From NCBI GenBank assembly GCA_012960035.1, contig DUBZ01000013.1, forward strand, positions 3,228 through 67,227: a DNA stretch of 64,000 bases, in the 5' to 3' direction. Each line of letters starts with the position of its first letter. Within the stretch, counting starts at the first letter, position 1. Below are positions 31,748 through 42,291 of the stretch, in pieces. This DNA comes from Myxococcales bacterium (GTDB lineage Bacteria > Myxococcota_A > UBA9160 > UBA4427). Position numbers and translations under genes: made by a program. A model generated the notes under the pieces. It had not been told where the DNA came from, searched no databases, and was given only the letters and a program-made list of their open reading frames with translations.

Positions 31748-32131
31748 ATGAAAGCTCGAGTTCTAATTGCTGATGACGCTTCTTTCATGCGGCAGATGAT
31801 TCGCGAGATCATCGAGCCCGAAGGTTACGAAGTCGTTGGAGAAGCAACGAATGGAATGGAGGCCGTGGAGCTTTACCTCAAACTGCAGCCCGACCTCGTC
31901 ACGATGGACATCGTGATGCCCAAGCGCAGTGGGATCGAGGCGGTTCGCGGCATTCTTGCCGAAGACCCGCTCGCACAGGTCGTGATGTGCAGTGCGCTCG
32001 GCCAAGAGACGTTGGTCATGGAAGCCCTTCATGCCGGTGCGAAGAACTTCATCGTGAAGCCCTTCAAGCCCGACGCAGTGCTTTCGACCCTCGACCGCCT
32101 TCTTGAAAAAGAAGACATGGCGGGCGAATAG
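31748..32131 (+). CDS. cheY: CheY-like response regulator (DifD-like)
   Basis: IADD, TMDIVMP (phospho-Asp), CSALG, IVKPF. Confidence 0.92.
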   Translation: MKARVLIADDASFMRQMIREIIEPEGYEVVGEATNGMEAVELYLKLQPDLVTMDIVMPKRSGIEAVRGILAEDPLAQVVMCSALGQETLVMEALHAGAKNFIVKPFKPDAVLSTLDRLLEKEDMAGE

Positions 32132-32134
32132 TCA

Positions 32135-33915
32135 GTGGCACTCGATATGGCCAAATACCGGGTCCTCTTCCTCGAAGAGGCCGCAGAACACCTTGCCGAC
32201 ATGGGCAAGGCTCTGCTCGATCTCGAAAAGGACACGGCGTCAGCCGAGTCGATCGACGTGATCTTTCGGATGGCCCACAGCATCAAGTCGATGGCGGCCT
32301 CGGTTGGCTACGACCCGGTGATGGAAGTGTCGCATGCGCTCGAAGACCGCATGGAAACCATTCGCAGTGCTGGCTGTGTTCCGCCCGGCGATTCGTTGAG
32401 CTTGTTGTTCCGGGGGCTCGAAGGCCTCGAACAGATGGTCGCGATCGTCAGCGAAACCGGTGAAGCGCCCCCGGAACGCCCCGATCTCGTTTCGGAACTG
32501 TCGGTGCCCATTGAAGCGACTCCGGTGACTTCAATGTGCGTTGAATCCGAATCAACCCCACCCCCCGAAAGTTTGCCCGAGCCTCCTGACGCTGCTGAAC
32601 TCGACGTTGAACTCGCCGCGGTGATGGCTGCCCTTGAGGCCGAGGCGGGAGCAAAAAAAAAACTCTTGAACTGACTCCGGTCGTCGCTCACGACGATGGG
32701 GCTTTTGCCTCCGGGGCGGGTCAAGAGAACGGCGCCGCCGTAACGGGTCCTGGGCAGAGTCTGCCCGTACCCGCGCCTACCGTCCGCGTTCGCACGCAGA
32801 CGCTCGACAAATTTCTCGGTGCCGTGGGCGAAGTGATTCTCAGCTCGCGGCAGCTACGTGGCGCTGCACAATCGGGTGTGAGCGGTGCCGAACGCGCCGA
32901 GCGCTTTGATCGCGTCGAACGCCGGGTCAACGAGCTCCAGCGACGCGTGCTCGACTTGCGCACGACCCCGCTCTTGCGCGTGATGGAAAATTTGCCCCGG
33001 GTCGCCCGTAAGGTTGCCGAAGCCCAGGGCAAGCGGGTTGACGTTCAGTTGCTCGGTACGGAGCTCGAACTCGATCGCTCGATCCTCGACAGACTCAGCG
33101 AACCCCTGCTCCACATTATTCGCAACGCCGTCGATCACGGGCTCGAAGTGATCGAGGAACGGATTCGCAAGGGGAAACCCGAAGTCGGCCAGGTGGTGAT
33201 CGAGGCGCGACGCGAACGTAATTCGATCGTCATTGAGGTGACCGACGACGGCAAGGGGATCGATCTTGCGGCGGTGCGCACCCGCGCCATCCAAGTGGGT
33301 CTGCTGCACCCGGACCTTGCCGACGATCTGCCAAAAGAAGAAAATCTAAATTTGATCTTTCAGCCGGGTCTCTCGACCGCGGCGCAGTTGAGTGATGTGT
33401 CGGGCCGCGGTGTGGGAATGGATGCCGTCAAAGCGACAGTCGAAGCGCTCGGCGGTTCGGTCAACCTTGCGAGCACCGAAGGACAGGGGACGACGACTCG
33501 ACTGGAAGTCCCGATTACCGCTGCCGTTCAGCGTGTGCTGTTGGTCGAGGTGTCGGGCGAGCGCATCGCGCTGCCGATCGCCAAGGTTGAACGCATTGTC
33601 GAAGTACCCCGGGCTTCGATCGAAGACAGTGGCGGCGAGATGTTTACGCTCGTCGACGACGAGCCCATCTTGGTGATCGATCTCGCAGAGTGCATGCAAA
33701 TGGATCGCACCGAAATGCCCGACCCGGTCCCCCTCGCCGTGACGGACGTGCGCGGTGAAATCGTTGCGCTCAGCGTCAACAAATTTGCCGGACAACAAGA
33801 AGTCTACGTGAAACCCGTGCCCGAACTCCTTGCTGGAGTGAAGGCGCTTGCGGGCATGACGATCCTCGAAGACGGAAGTCCCGTTTTCTTACTCGATCTC
33901 AACCACCTGGTCTAA
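32135..33915 (+). CDS. cheA: CheA histidine kinase (DifE-like) in two frames joined by a -1 shift at A10 (32653-32662)
   Basis: Frame 0 (32135-32674): Hpt domain FRMAHSIKSMA. Frame -1: TVRVRTQTLDKFLGAVGE dimerisation, HIIRNAVDHG, DDGKG, SGRGVGMD, CheW-like P5. Confidence 0.9.
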
Positions 33916-33928
33916 GTCGGAGTCCCGT

Positions 33929-34525
33929 GTGACGGCCGCCATGGAAGAACAGATCGACCGCTTGAGCGAACTCGCCAATATTGGTGCGGGCCACGCTGCG
34001 GGTGCGTTCTCTCTTCTTACCGGTCATACGATCAGGATGGCTGTGCCGCGCGTTCGATTGACCTCTGCCTTGACCGCAAATGAGCCGGCACCGGACGACC
34101 CGCTCGAATTCGTGAGCCTGGCGACTGCCGACCGCGGTTGGGAGTCAGGAGTCATCTTTGAGTTCGATGGTTGCTTGCACGCGATTCTCGCGATTCTTTT
34201 TCGGCGCCCAATGTGTGACGCGGTGGTGCGCAATTTGACTGGGCAGTCAGAAGGTTTCTTGCCTCCGGAAACGATCGAGAGTGCGTTGATGGAATTGGGC
34301 AATGTTCTTGCGTCCCACGTTGCGTCCGCGATCGCCGACACCCTCGGTGCACGGCTCTTGCCTTCGATCCCCATGCTTTCGGTTCACGATGCAATTCCGC
34401 AACTCGAAGCGTTGGCGGCGACGCATCCTGGTGCGGGCCAAGTCTGGATCGAAAGCGAGTTGCTCGATGGCGACGGCAATCTCGGCGGACTGGTTGTGAT
34501 GATCCCGGACCGTGAGACGGCCTGA
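33929..34525 (+). CDS. cheC: CheC-family phosphatase (DifG-like)
   Basis: Two ExxN motifs: ELANIGAG and ELGNVLAS. Confidence 0.85.
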   Translation: MTAAMEEQIDRLSELANIGAGHAAGAFSLLTGHTIRMAVPRVRLTSALTANEPAPDDPLEFVSLATADRGWESGVIFEFDGCLHAILAILFRRPMCDAVVRNLTGQSEGFLPPETIESALMELGNVLASHVASAIADTLGARLLPSIPMLSVHDAIPQLEALAATHPGAGQVWIESELLDGDGNLGGLVVMIPDRETA

Positions 34526-34620
34526 ACTCCGCGCGATCGCTCGGCCCAATCTCCCGGGGCCGCAACGGCAGCCGCGATCTGTATTTGATACCGTGCATCC
34601 CCTTCGGCGAAGGGTGTGAG

Positions 34621-35370
34621 ATGGAACGCGATCGGATCAGGCAACTTCTCGAAAAAGTGAAAGACGGCGACGTCGACATCGACGGTGCGATGAAGTCGCT
34701 GTCGAGCCTGCCGTTTATCGACACGCCGAACGCTCGGGTCGATACCCAGCGTTCGTTGCGGATGGGGATCCCCGAAGTTGTGTACGGACCGGGCAAGACG
34801 CCGGGACAAATCGTCGAAGTCGTCACAGCGCTTCGCGAAGCTGAACAAAGCGTGCTCGTAACAAGGGTCGAACCGTCCGCAGCACAAGATGTTTTACAGG
34901 CGTTTCCAGCTGGCGAGTACGACGAAGTCGCACGCACGCTCTGGTTCGGCCCTGCCGAAGTCCCTGTGATTGGAAAGGGCACGATCATGATCGTGTGCGC
35001 AGGGACGAGTGACCTGCCCGTCGCCGCTGAAGCATCGGCGGTTGCTCGCCGCTTCGGCAATAAGGTCGAGATGCTGATCGACGTGGGTGTTGCGGGTATT
35101 CATCGCTTGCTTGCGTCCCACGACGTTTTGCAGAACGCGCGGGTCTTGATTGTCATCGCCGGAATGGAAGGCGCGCTGCCGTCCGTCGTGGGAGGGCTTG
35201 TCGACAAGCCCGTCATCGCCGTGCCGACGAGCGTGGGGTACGGCGCCTCATTCGGAGGTGTCACTGCGTTGCTCGGCATGTTGACCAGTTGCGCGTCCAA
35301 TGTGACGGTGGTCAATATTGATAACGGGTATGGCGCCGCGTATGTCGCGACGCTCATCAACCGGCTCTAA
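34621..35370 (+). CDS. larB: Nickel pincer cofactor biosynthesis protein LarB
   Basis: AGTSDLPVA, DVGVAGIHRL, AGMEGALPS, VPTSVGYG, VVNIDNG. Confidence 0.93.
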   Translation: MERDRIRQLLEKVKDGDVDIDGAMKSLSSLPFIDTPNARVDTQRSLRMGIPEVVYGPGKTPGQIVEVVTALREAEQSVLVTRVEPSAAQDVLQAFPAGEYDEVARTLWFGPAEVPVIGKGTIMIVCAGTSDLPVAAEASAVARRFGNKVEMLIDVGVAGIHRLLASHDVLQNARVLIVIAGMEGALPSVVGGLVDKPVIAVPTSVGYGASFGGVTALLGMLTSCASNVTVVNIDNGYGAAYVATLINRL

Positions 35371-35380
35371 GGCTGTATCC

Positions 35381-36760
35381 GTGACCGCAAGGCCAAAGTC
35401 TCCGCGCAAGGCAAGACGAACGTCCGCCCCTAGAACGATTGCGGCTGGGCGGGTTCTTCATCTTGATTGTTTCTCCGGTATTTCGGGGAACATGTTTCTC
35501 GGCGCGCTGCTCGACCTCGGGCTTTCACGCAAAGAACTCGACGCAGAACTTGCGGGCCTTGGCGTCGACTACAAACTGAAGGTGTCGAAGGTCGCGCGAG
35601 GTGCGATTGCCGCGAAGTATGTGGACGTGTTGATGCCCGGCGCAAAGCGAGCGTCGAAAAAGGCACCTGCGAAAAAGAAGAAGGCCGCGAGTAGGGCGCA
35701 CACTGACCACCATCCGCACACGCGCGATGATCACACCCACGTCCATCCCCATCCCCACACGCATCCCCATGCGCACCCCCACGCCCAGCACAGCCACGGC
35801 AAGAGCTACAAACAGGTACGCGCGATCGTCGAAAAGGCGAAGCTGGCGGCAGCCGTTCGAGAGCGCGCGCTTGCGATCTTTGAAGGGCTCGCCGTTGCAG
35901 AAGGCAAGGTTCACGGTGTCGCCCCAGACGATGTCCACTTTCATGAAGTCGGCGCCATCGACGCGATCATCGACGTCACCGGGGCGGCGGTTGGCCTGCA
36001 CCTGCTCGGGGTGGAACGCGTGACATCGTCGCCGGTTGCACTCGGACACGGCACGGTGCAAACCGAACACGGACTTCTCCCGCTCCCGGCGCCTGCCACG
36101 ATGGAACTTCTGCGCGGGATGCCCACGGTCCCGGCCCACGTCGCCTGGGAAACTGTGACGCCGACTGGCGCGGCAATCCTTCGCAACATCGTCGACGAAT
36201 TTTCGCCGCTTCCCGCGATGACGATCGACAAGATCGGCCATGGCGCAGGCAACGACCGCGCAGGCGAGATGCCCAACATTTTGCGCGCGGTGCTGGGTTC
36301 CACCGGGCAAACGTCGTCAGATCGGATTAGCTGCCTCGAATGCAATCTTGACGACTTCAACCCCGAACACTTCGACTACCTGATGGAGCGTTTGTTCGAC
36401 GAGGGTGCCCTCGACGTTTCCTTGCAAAATATCCAGATGAAGAAGAACCGCCCTGGCTTCCTGGTGCGGGTCCTTGCACGCCCTGACCAACGGGTGCGCT
36501 TGTCTCAAGTGTTGATGAGCGAGTCGACAACGCTGGGGGTGCGAACAACCGATTGGGAGCGAGTGGTTCTGCCGCGGACCCGCCGCAAGGTTGCGACGGA
36601 CTACGGCCGCATCGCGGTGAAGGTCACGGAGACTCCCGACGGTCGGCTCGACTATTCTGCGGAATACGACGATTGCAAGCGAGCCGCGCGCAAGCACAAG
36701 GTTGCGTTGCGCGATGTGGTACGGGCTGCAGAACGGGCTGCCGAGAAGAACGCCGGTTAA
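35381..36760 (+). CDS. larC: Nickel insertase LarC with His-rich region
   Basis: DCFSGISGNMFLGAL, His-rich tract, VHFHEVGAIDAIID, TPTGAA, ECNLDD, MKKNRPG, EYDD. Confidence 0.93.
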   Translation: MTARPKSPRKARRTSAPRTIAAGRVLHLDCFSGISGNMFLGALLDLGLSRKELDAELAGLGVDYKLKVSKVARGAIAAKYVDVLMPGAKRASKKAPAKKKKAASRAHTDHHPHTRDDHTHVHPHPHTHPHAHPHAQHSHGKSYKQVRAIVEKAKLAAAVRERALAIFEGLAVAEGKVHGVAPDDVHFHEVGAIDAIIDVTGAAVGLHLLGVERVTSSPVALGHGTVQTEHGLLPLPAPATMELLRGMPTVPAHVAWETVTPTGAAILRNIVDEFSPLPAMTIDKIGHGAGNDRAGEMPNILRAVLGSTGQTSSDRISCLECNLDDFNPEHFDYLMERLFDEGALDVSLQNIQMKKNRPGFLVRVLARPDQRVRLSQVLMSESTTLGVRTTDWERVVLPRTRRKVATDYGRIAVKVTETPDGRLDYSAEYDDCKRAARKHKVALRDVVRAAERAAEKNAG

Positions 36761-36792
36761 GCGCGGTGGTACTCGGTCACCCCGAAGTGGTG

Positions 36793-36833
36793 AAAAAAAG
36801 AAAGCGGCCCCGAAGCGAAAGCTTCGAGGCCGC
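36793..36833 (-). terminator. Intrinsic terminator of groEL
   Basis: GCGGCCCCGAAGC-GAAA-GCTTCGAGGCCGC hairpin; T-tract follows on the minus strand. Confidence 0.85.
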
Positions 36834-36877
36834 AAAACTTGCCACAAGTTCCGTTCAGAACGGAACGAGCAACGGAC

Positions 36878-38521
<1,644 letters not shown>

Positions 38522-38592
38522 GATTCAATTTTCTCCTACTAGTCGTTTTTTCCGACCGGCTCTCAAAAGAAAGCCGTCGCAAAATCGACGAG

Positions 38593-38880
38593 TTATTCCA
38601 TGATTCCGAGGACGTCGTCTTCGCGGATGATCAGGTGCTCTCCACCGTCGACGGCGACTTCCGTCCCGCCGTACTTGCCGAACAGAACCACGTCACCCTT
38701 CTTTACGTCCAGGGGGCGTACCGTGCCGTCTTCGGCGATGCGACCGTTGCCTACTGCAACGACCTTGCCTTCCTGAGGCTTCTCTTTGGCGCTGTCGGGA
38801 ATGATGATCCCGCCTTTCGTCTGTTCTTCCTCGTCGATGCGCTTGACGAGAATGCGATCTTGGAGTGGACGAATTTTCAT
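38593..38880 (-). CDS. groS: Co-chaperonin GroES
   Basis: [28 protein letters not shown]. Confidence 0.98.
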   Translation of the reverse strand: MKIRPLQDRILVKRIDEEEQTKGGIIIPDSAKEKPQEGKVVAVGNGRIAEDGTVRPLDVKKGDVVLFGKYGGTEVAVDGGEHLIIREDDVLGIME

Positions 38881-39062
38881 GAGTCCGAATTCCTTCTCTC
38901 TGCTTCTAAAGTCCCGTCCACATCACCAACCTGGGAAACATGAAGAGTGGGACTGGGGATGATCTTGAGGTGCCCGCCACGGAGGGTTCGTGCTTGTGAT
39001 GCCCCTCGCCGATTCAGCGCCGGGCCGGGTGGCCTGGCTCGAATTGATGGCGGGTTGGGTCT

Positions 39063-39089
39063 TTGGCAGTCGAACCACTCGACTGCCAA
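39063..39089. promoter_or_regulatory. CIRCE operator (HrcA site) upstream of groES
   Basis: Perfect inverted repeat TTGGCAGTC-N9-GACTGCCAA versus consensus TTAGCACTC-N9-GAGTGCTAA. Confidence 0.85.
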
Positions 39090-39099
39090 GTGGCGCGCC

Positions 39100-39127
39100 A
39101 ACGTATGCCCTCACGCGGCAGCGTCAA
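39100..39127 (-). promoter_or_regulatory. Probable sigma70-type promoter of groESL
   Basis: TTGACG-N16-TACGTT on the minus strand, 10 bp before the CIRCE. Confidence 0.6.
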
Positions 39128-39349
39128 GTCGATGTCGCGAAGAATTTTTGAGATGTCGAGATTTTGGGACCGACACGTCGCTTCGACCCTTCAGCCGCCA
39201 CCCCAGATTTACCGAGGGTTCGAAGAGAGCGGGACGTACGCTCACGGGGCCACGTACTATGAAAGCCTCGAAATATCAAACACTTAGCGACGAAAAAACG
39301 ATGATCCCGCCCGCGCGATCACCCGGGTCGGTCGCATTGTCTGCGAACG

Positions 39350-39835
39350 TTATGGCATGGGGCTCGACGTAGACGATCACGACTATTTCGTCTCGCCTGT
39401 TCTCTCTCGCTCACTTCTTCCCGAACCTTTTCGCGCACTGGCGTTCTCGCGATCGAAGAAGAGGACGAACTCAAGCTCGGCGTGAATCTCGACCCTGACA
39501 ATCAGGCGAACTCGTTCGCATAAGTAGAAGAAACGAGTCATCTCGTCTGGCAAGCCGCAAACGATCTACCCGTCTCGCAACTCGTCCTCGAGTTTCAGTC
39601 GGAAGTGGATCGATTCCTTTATTTCTCCCACGATTTCAGTTACTTGGGCTTCTCGCGCTCCGAAGCGGGTCGGATCTACGACTGGGTGAATCGGCGCTAC
39701 GAAGCCCGGTACGAGATCGCTGGGAGTCGCCTCATCGCTACTGCCACGGTCTTGTCCAGGCGTTCGGACCACGGGGTCACACCGCAGGGTTGGCACGTGA
39801 ACTTCGTCGTTACTCCCGCTCGTCGTCCGCGATGA
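39350..39835 (+). pseudogene. Degraded gene of an uncharacterised protein
   Basis: Protein-like frame GVLAIEEEDELKLGVNLDPD..*VEETSHLVWQAANDLPVSQLVLEFQSEVDRFL with in-frame TAA at 39521 and a likely upstream frameshift. Confidence 0.5.
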
Positions 39836-39891
39836 AACTCGCAAGTTGAACCGCGAGCGCCCGTACTTCCTCAACTTTTTCTAGTCGACCC

Positions 39892-39940
39892 TTGACTTTC
39901 GCCACATTTTCGTGAACTCTGCGCCCGAAACTAACACGAA
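39892..39940 (+). promoter_or_regulatory. lexA promoter with two candidate SOS boxes
   Basis: TTGACT -35, TTCG-N7-TTCG (39898-39912) and CGAA-N7-CGAA (39926-39940). Confidence 0.55.
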
Positions 39941-39953
39941 GGTGGCGTATCCG

Positions 39954-40562
39954 ATGGCACTCACTCGGCGACAGCGAGAGATCTTTGACTTCATTTCGGC
40001 CTTTGTCGAAGAGCAGGGGTACTCCCCCAGTCTCGAGGAGATCGCGACCCAGTTCGGTCTGTCCTCCGTGGCCACGGTTCATCGCCACGTCCAGCACCTC
40101 GTCGAAAAAGGTCTGCTCCGCAAAGCCTGGAACCGGTCGCGCTCCCTAGAACCCGTTCCGCAAGAAGAAGATGAACCGGGCCTCACCATGCTCCCCCTCG
40201 TCGGCACGGTTGCCGCGGGTGCCCCGATCGAAGCCATCGAAGTCCACGAGCGCATTGCCGTCCCAGCCGACATGGCTGGCCGCCCAGGCGAGTGCTTCGT
40301 CCTCCGCGTTCGCGGCGACTCCATGATCGAGGACCAGATCTGCAACGGCGACCTCGTCGTCATCGAAAAACGAGATCAGGCGCGCAATGGCCAAACCGTC
40401 GTCGCCCTCATAGACGGCTCCGACGCCACCCTAAAGCGCTTCTACCAAAACGGCAGCCAAGTCAAACTCGTCCCCGCCAACCACACGATGGACCCCATCG
40501 AAGTCAACGCCGAACAAGTCACCATCCGAGGCATCGTCCGCGGCTTGATGCGGTCGTTCTGA
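39954..40562 (+). CDS. lexA: SOS repressor LexA
   Basis: LTRRQREI wHTH, VAAG cleavage site, GDSM Ser, TLKR Lys. Confidence 0.96.
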   Translation: MALTRRQREIFDFISAFVEEQGYSPSLEEIATQFGLSSVATVHRHVQHLVEKGLLRKAWNRSRSLEPVPQEEDEPGLTMLPLVGTVAAGAPIEAIEVHERIAVPADMAGRPGECFVLRVRGDSMIEDQICNGDLVVIEKRDQARNGQTVVALIDGSDATLKRFYQNGSQVKLVPANHTMDPIEVNAEQVTIRGIVRGLMRSF

Positions 40563-40883
40563 TTCCTTGAGCGCCTCCGCTGCGCTCCGGCTTTCCTAGT
40601 GTCACGTCTTTAAGGTGGATGGATTGGGCATGTGCGCCCGAATTGCGAGGGCGCCTGCCTGACCCCCTAGACGCGCCACGCCGAGACTCCGCCTTGCAAC
40701 TCACCTTCTCCGCCAAAGAATTTCGAAGCCACTCTTCTTCCCGCTTGCCCGTATTTGACTCATTGGACGCGTCGGACGCGCGAACAGACCCTCTCTCGGC
40801 ACTGGCCGCGGCATGCCGATTCGACGCACCCCAGTACGCTACTGTGACGCCGTTTTCCCCGAACACCTAGAGGACACACCCCC

Positions 40884-41282
40884 GTGGTCCGCGTCACAAA
40901 AGCGATAGAATTCTCCGCATCTCTGCGTTACCAAAACGGCCGCCTAACCGACGCCGAAAACGCCGAGCTGTTTGGACTCGCCGCCCACCAACACGGCCAC
41001 AACTACCGCCTCGAAGTCACCGTGAAAGGCGACCCCGATCCGCGGACCGGCATGGTGATGAACCTCGTCAACCTCAAGGCCATTCTCGAACGCGAGGTGA
41101 TGTCGCGCTTCGACCACAAAGACTTGAACCGCGATACCGACTTTTTCAAGGAAGCGCCGCCGACGCCGGAAAATCTTGCGTCCGTCATCCACGAAGTTCT
41201 TGTGGCGGCACTTCCCGACGGCATGTTCGATCGGCTGCGACTTTTTCAGGACGCCGACCTCTACGTCGACGTGGTGGGCTAG
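40884..41282 (+). CDS. PTPS/QueD-fold protein with degenerate active site
   Basis: HGHNY, TGMVMN, FDHKDLN, PTPEN present; Cys and first His absent. Confidence 0.8.
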   Translation: MVRVTKAIEFSASLRYQNGRLTDAENAELFGLAAHQHGHNYRLEVTVKGDPDPRTGMVMNLVNLKAILEREVMSRFDHKDLNRDTDFFKEAPPTPENLASVIHEVLVAALPDGMFDRLRLFQDADLYVDVVG

Positions 41283-41288
41283 GTCGTG

Positions 41289-41705
41289 ATGCTTGAAGTG
41301 ACTCACCGATACAAACTCCCAGCCGCGCACGTGCTCGCGAACCCGCGTCTTTCTGACGCCGAGAACACCGAAATTTTCGGCAAGTGTTCGAACGAAAACG
41401 GCCACGGCCATAACTACGAGTTTGAAGTGACGATCGCCGGGCCGGTGGATTTGAAAACGGGCCAGATCCTATCGAGTGATCGTCTCGACGAAATTTTTGG
41501 CGAATCGATCGCCGAGCGCTATTCGCACCGTCTCTTGAATGAATGCGAAGCCTTTGATGCGCTCGTTCCCACAACAGAAAACTTCGCTCAAATTGTTTAC
41601 CAAGATCTCGCGCCCGCCCTCGCGCGTGAGGGTTCGGTCCGGCTCGTCCGGGTTCGTCTCACCGAAACCCCGCGCAATTTTTTTGAATATGGAGACCCCA
41701 GATGA
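41289..41705 (+). CDS. 6-pyruvoyl-tetrahydropterin synthase family protein
   Basis: [27 protein letters not shown]. Confidence 0.88.
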   Translation: MLEVTHRYKLPAAHVLANPRLSDAENTEIFGKCSNENGHGHNYEFEVTIAGPVDLKTGQILSSDRLDEIFGESIAERYSHRLLNECEAFDALVPTTENFAQIVYQDLAPALAREGSVRLVRVRLTETPRNFFEYGDPR

Positions 41706-42274
41706 GCGACCCGATCGAAAAATCGATCACTGAAATTCTGAACGAACTCGGCGAAGAGCCCGAGCGCGATGGATTGTCGCGCACGCCTGCCCGCGTGGCG
41801 GCCGCCATGCGTTTCTTTACTAAGGGCTATCAGCAAGACCCGGCCGAAACGTTGAACAACGCTTTGTTCGATGTCGACTATGACGAGATGGTCGTAGTGA
41901 AGGACATCGACTTTTACAGCCTTTGCGAGCACCACATGGTTCCGTTCTTTGGACGCGCACACGTGGGGTACATCCCAGACGGCAAGGTGGTCGGACTCTC
42001 GAAGATCCCGCGTCTCGTTGAGATGTTCGCGCGCAGGCTTCAGGTTCAAGAGCGCTTCACAATGCAGGTCGCGGGCATCATTGAAGAAGTCCTGAAGCCC
42101 AAGGGCGTCGCGGTCGTGGTTGAAGCCAAGCATCTCTGCATGGTGATGCGCGGTGTCGAAAAACAGAACTCTTCGGCGATCACGAGTTCGATGCGAGGTG
42201 TGTTTAACTCGGACTCGAAGACTCGCTCCGAGTTCATGGAACTGATCCGCCAACGTTCAGACTCGTTCGTTTAG
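41702..42274 (+). CDS. folE: GTP cyclohydrolase I
   Basis: [32 protein letters not shown]. Confidence 0.97.
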   Translation: MSDPIEKSITEILNELGEEPERDGLSRTPARVAAAMRFFTKGYQQDPAETLNNALFDVDYDEMVVVKDIDFYSLCEHHMVPFFGRAHVGYIPDGKVVGLSKIPRLVEMFARRLQVQERFTMQVAGIIEEVLKPKGVAVVVEAKHLCMVMRGVEKQNSSAITSSMRGVFNSDSKTRSEFMELIRQRSDSFV

Positions 42275-42291
42275 GCCATGGGTTTCACGTC

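Noticed and set aside
32824-33915. Independent kinase gene starting at GTG 32824
   Set aside because: Start lies inside the dimerisation helix, cuts off TVRVRTQTLDKFL and has no clear RBS
35700-35800. CATCCC-type short repeats as an independent repeat element
   Set aside because: They encode the His-rich tract of LarC
35381-36760. Frameshifted larC as in Lactiplantibacillus plantarum
   Set aside because: Single uninterrupted frame here
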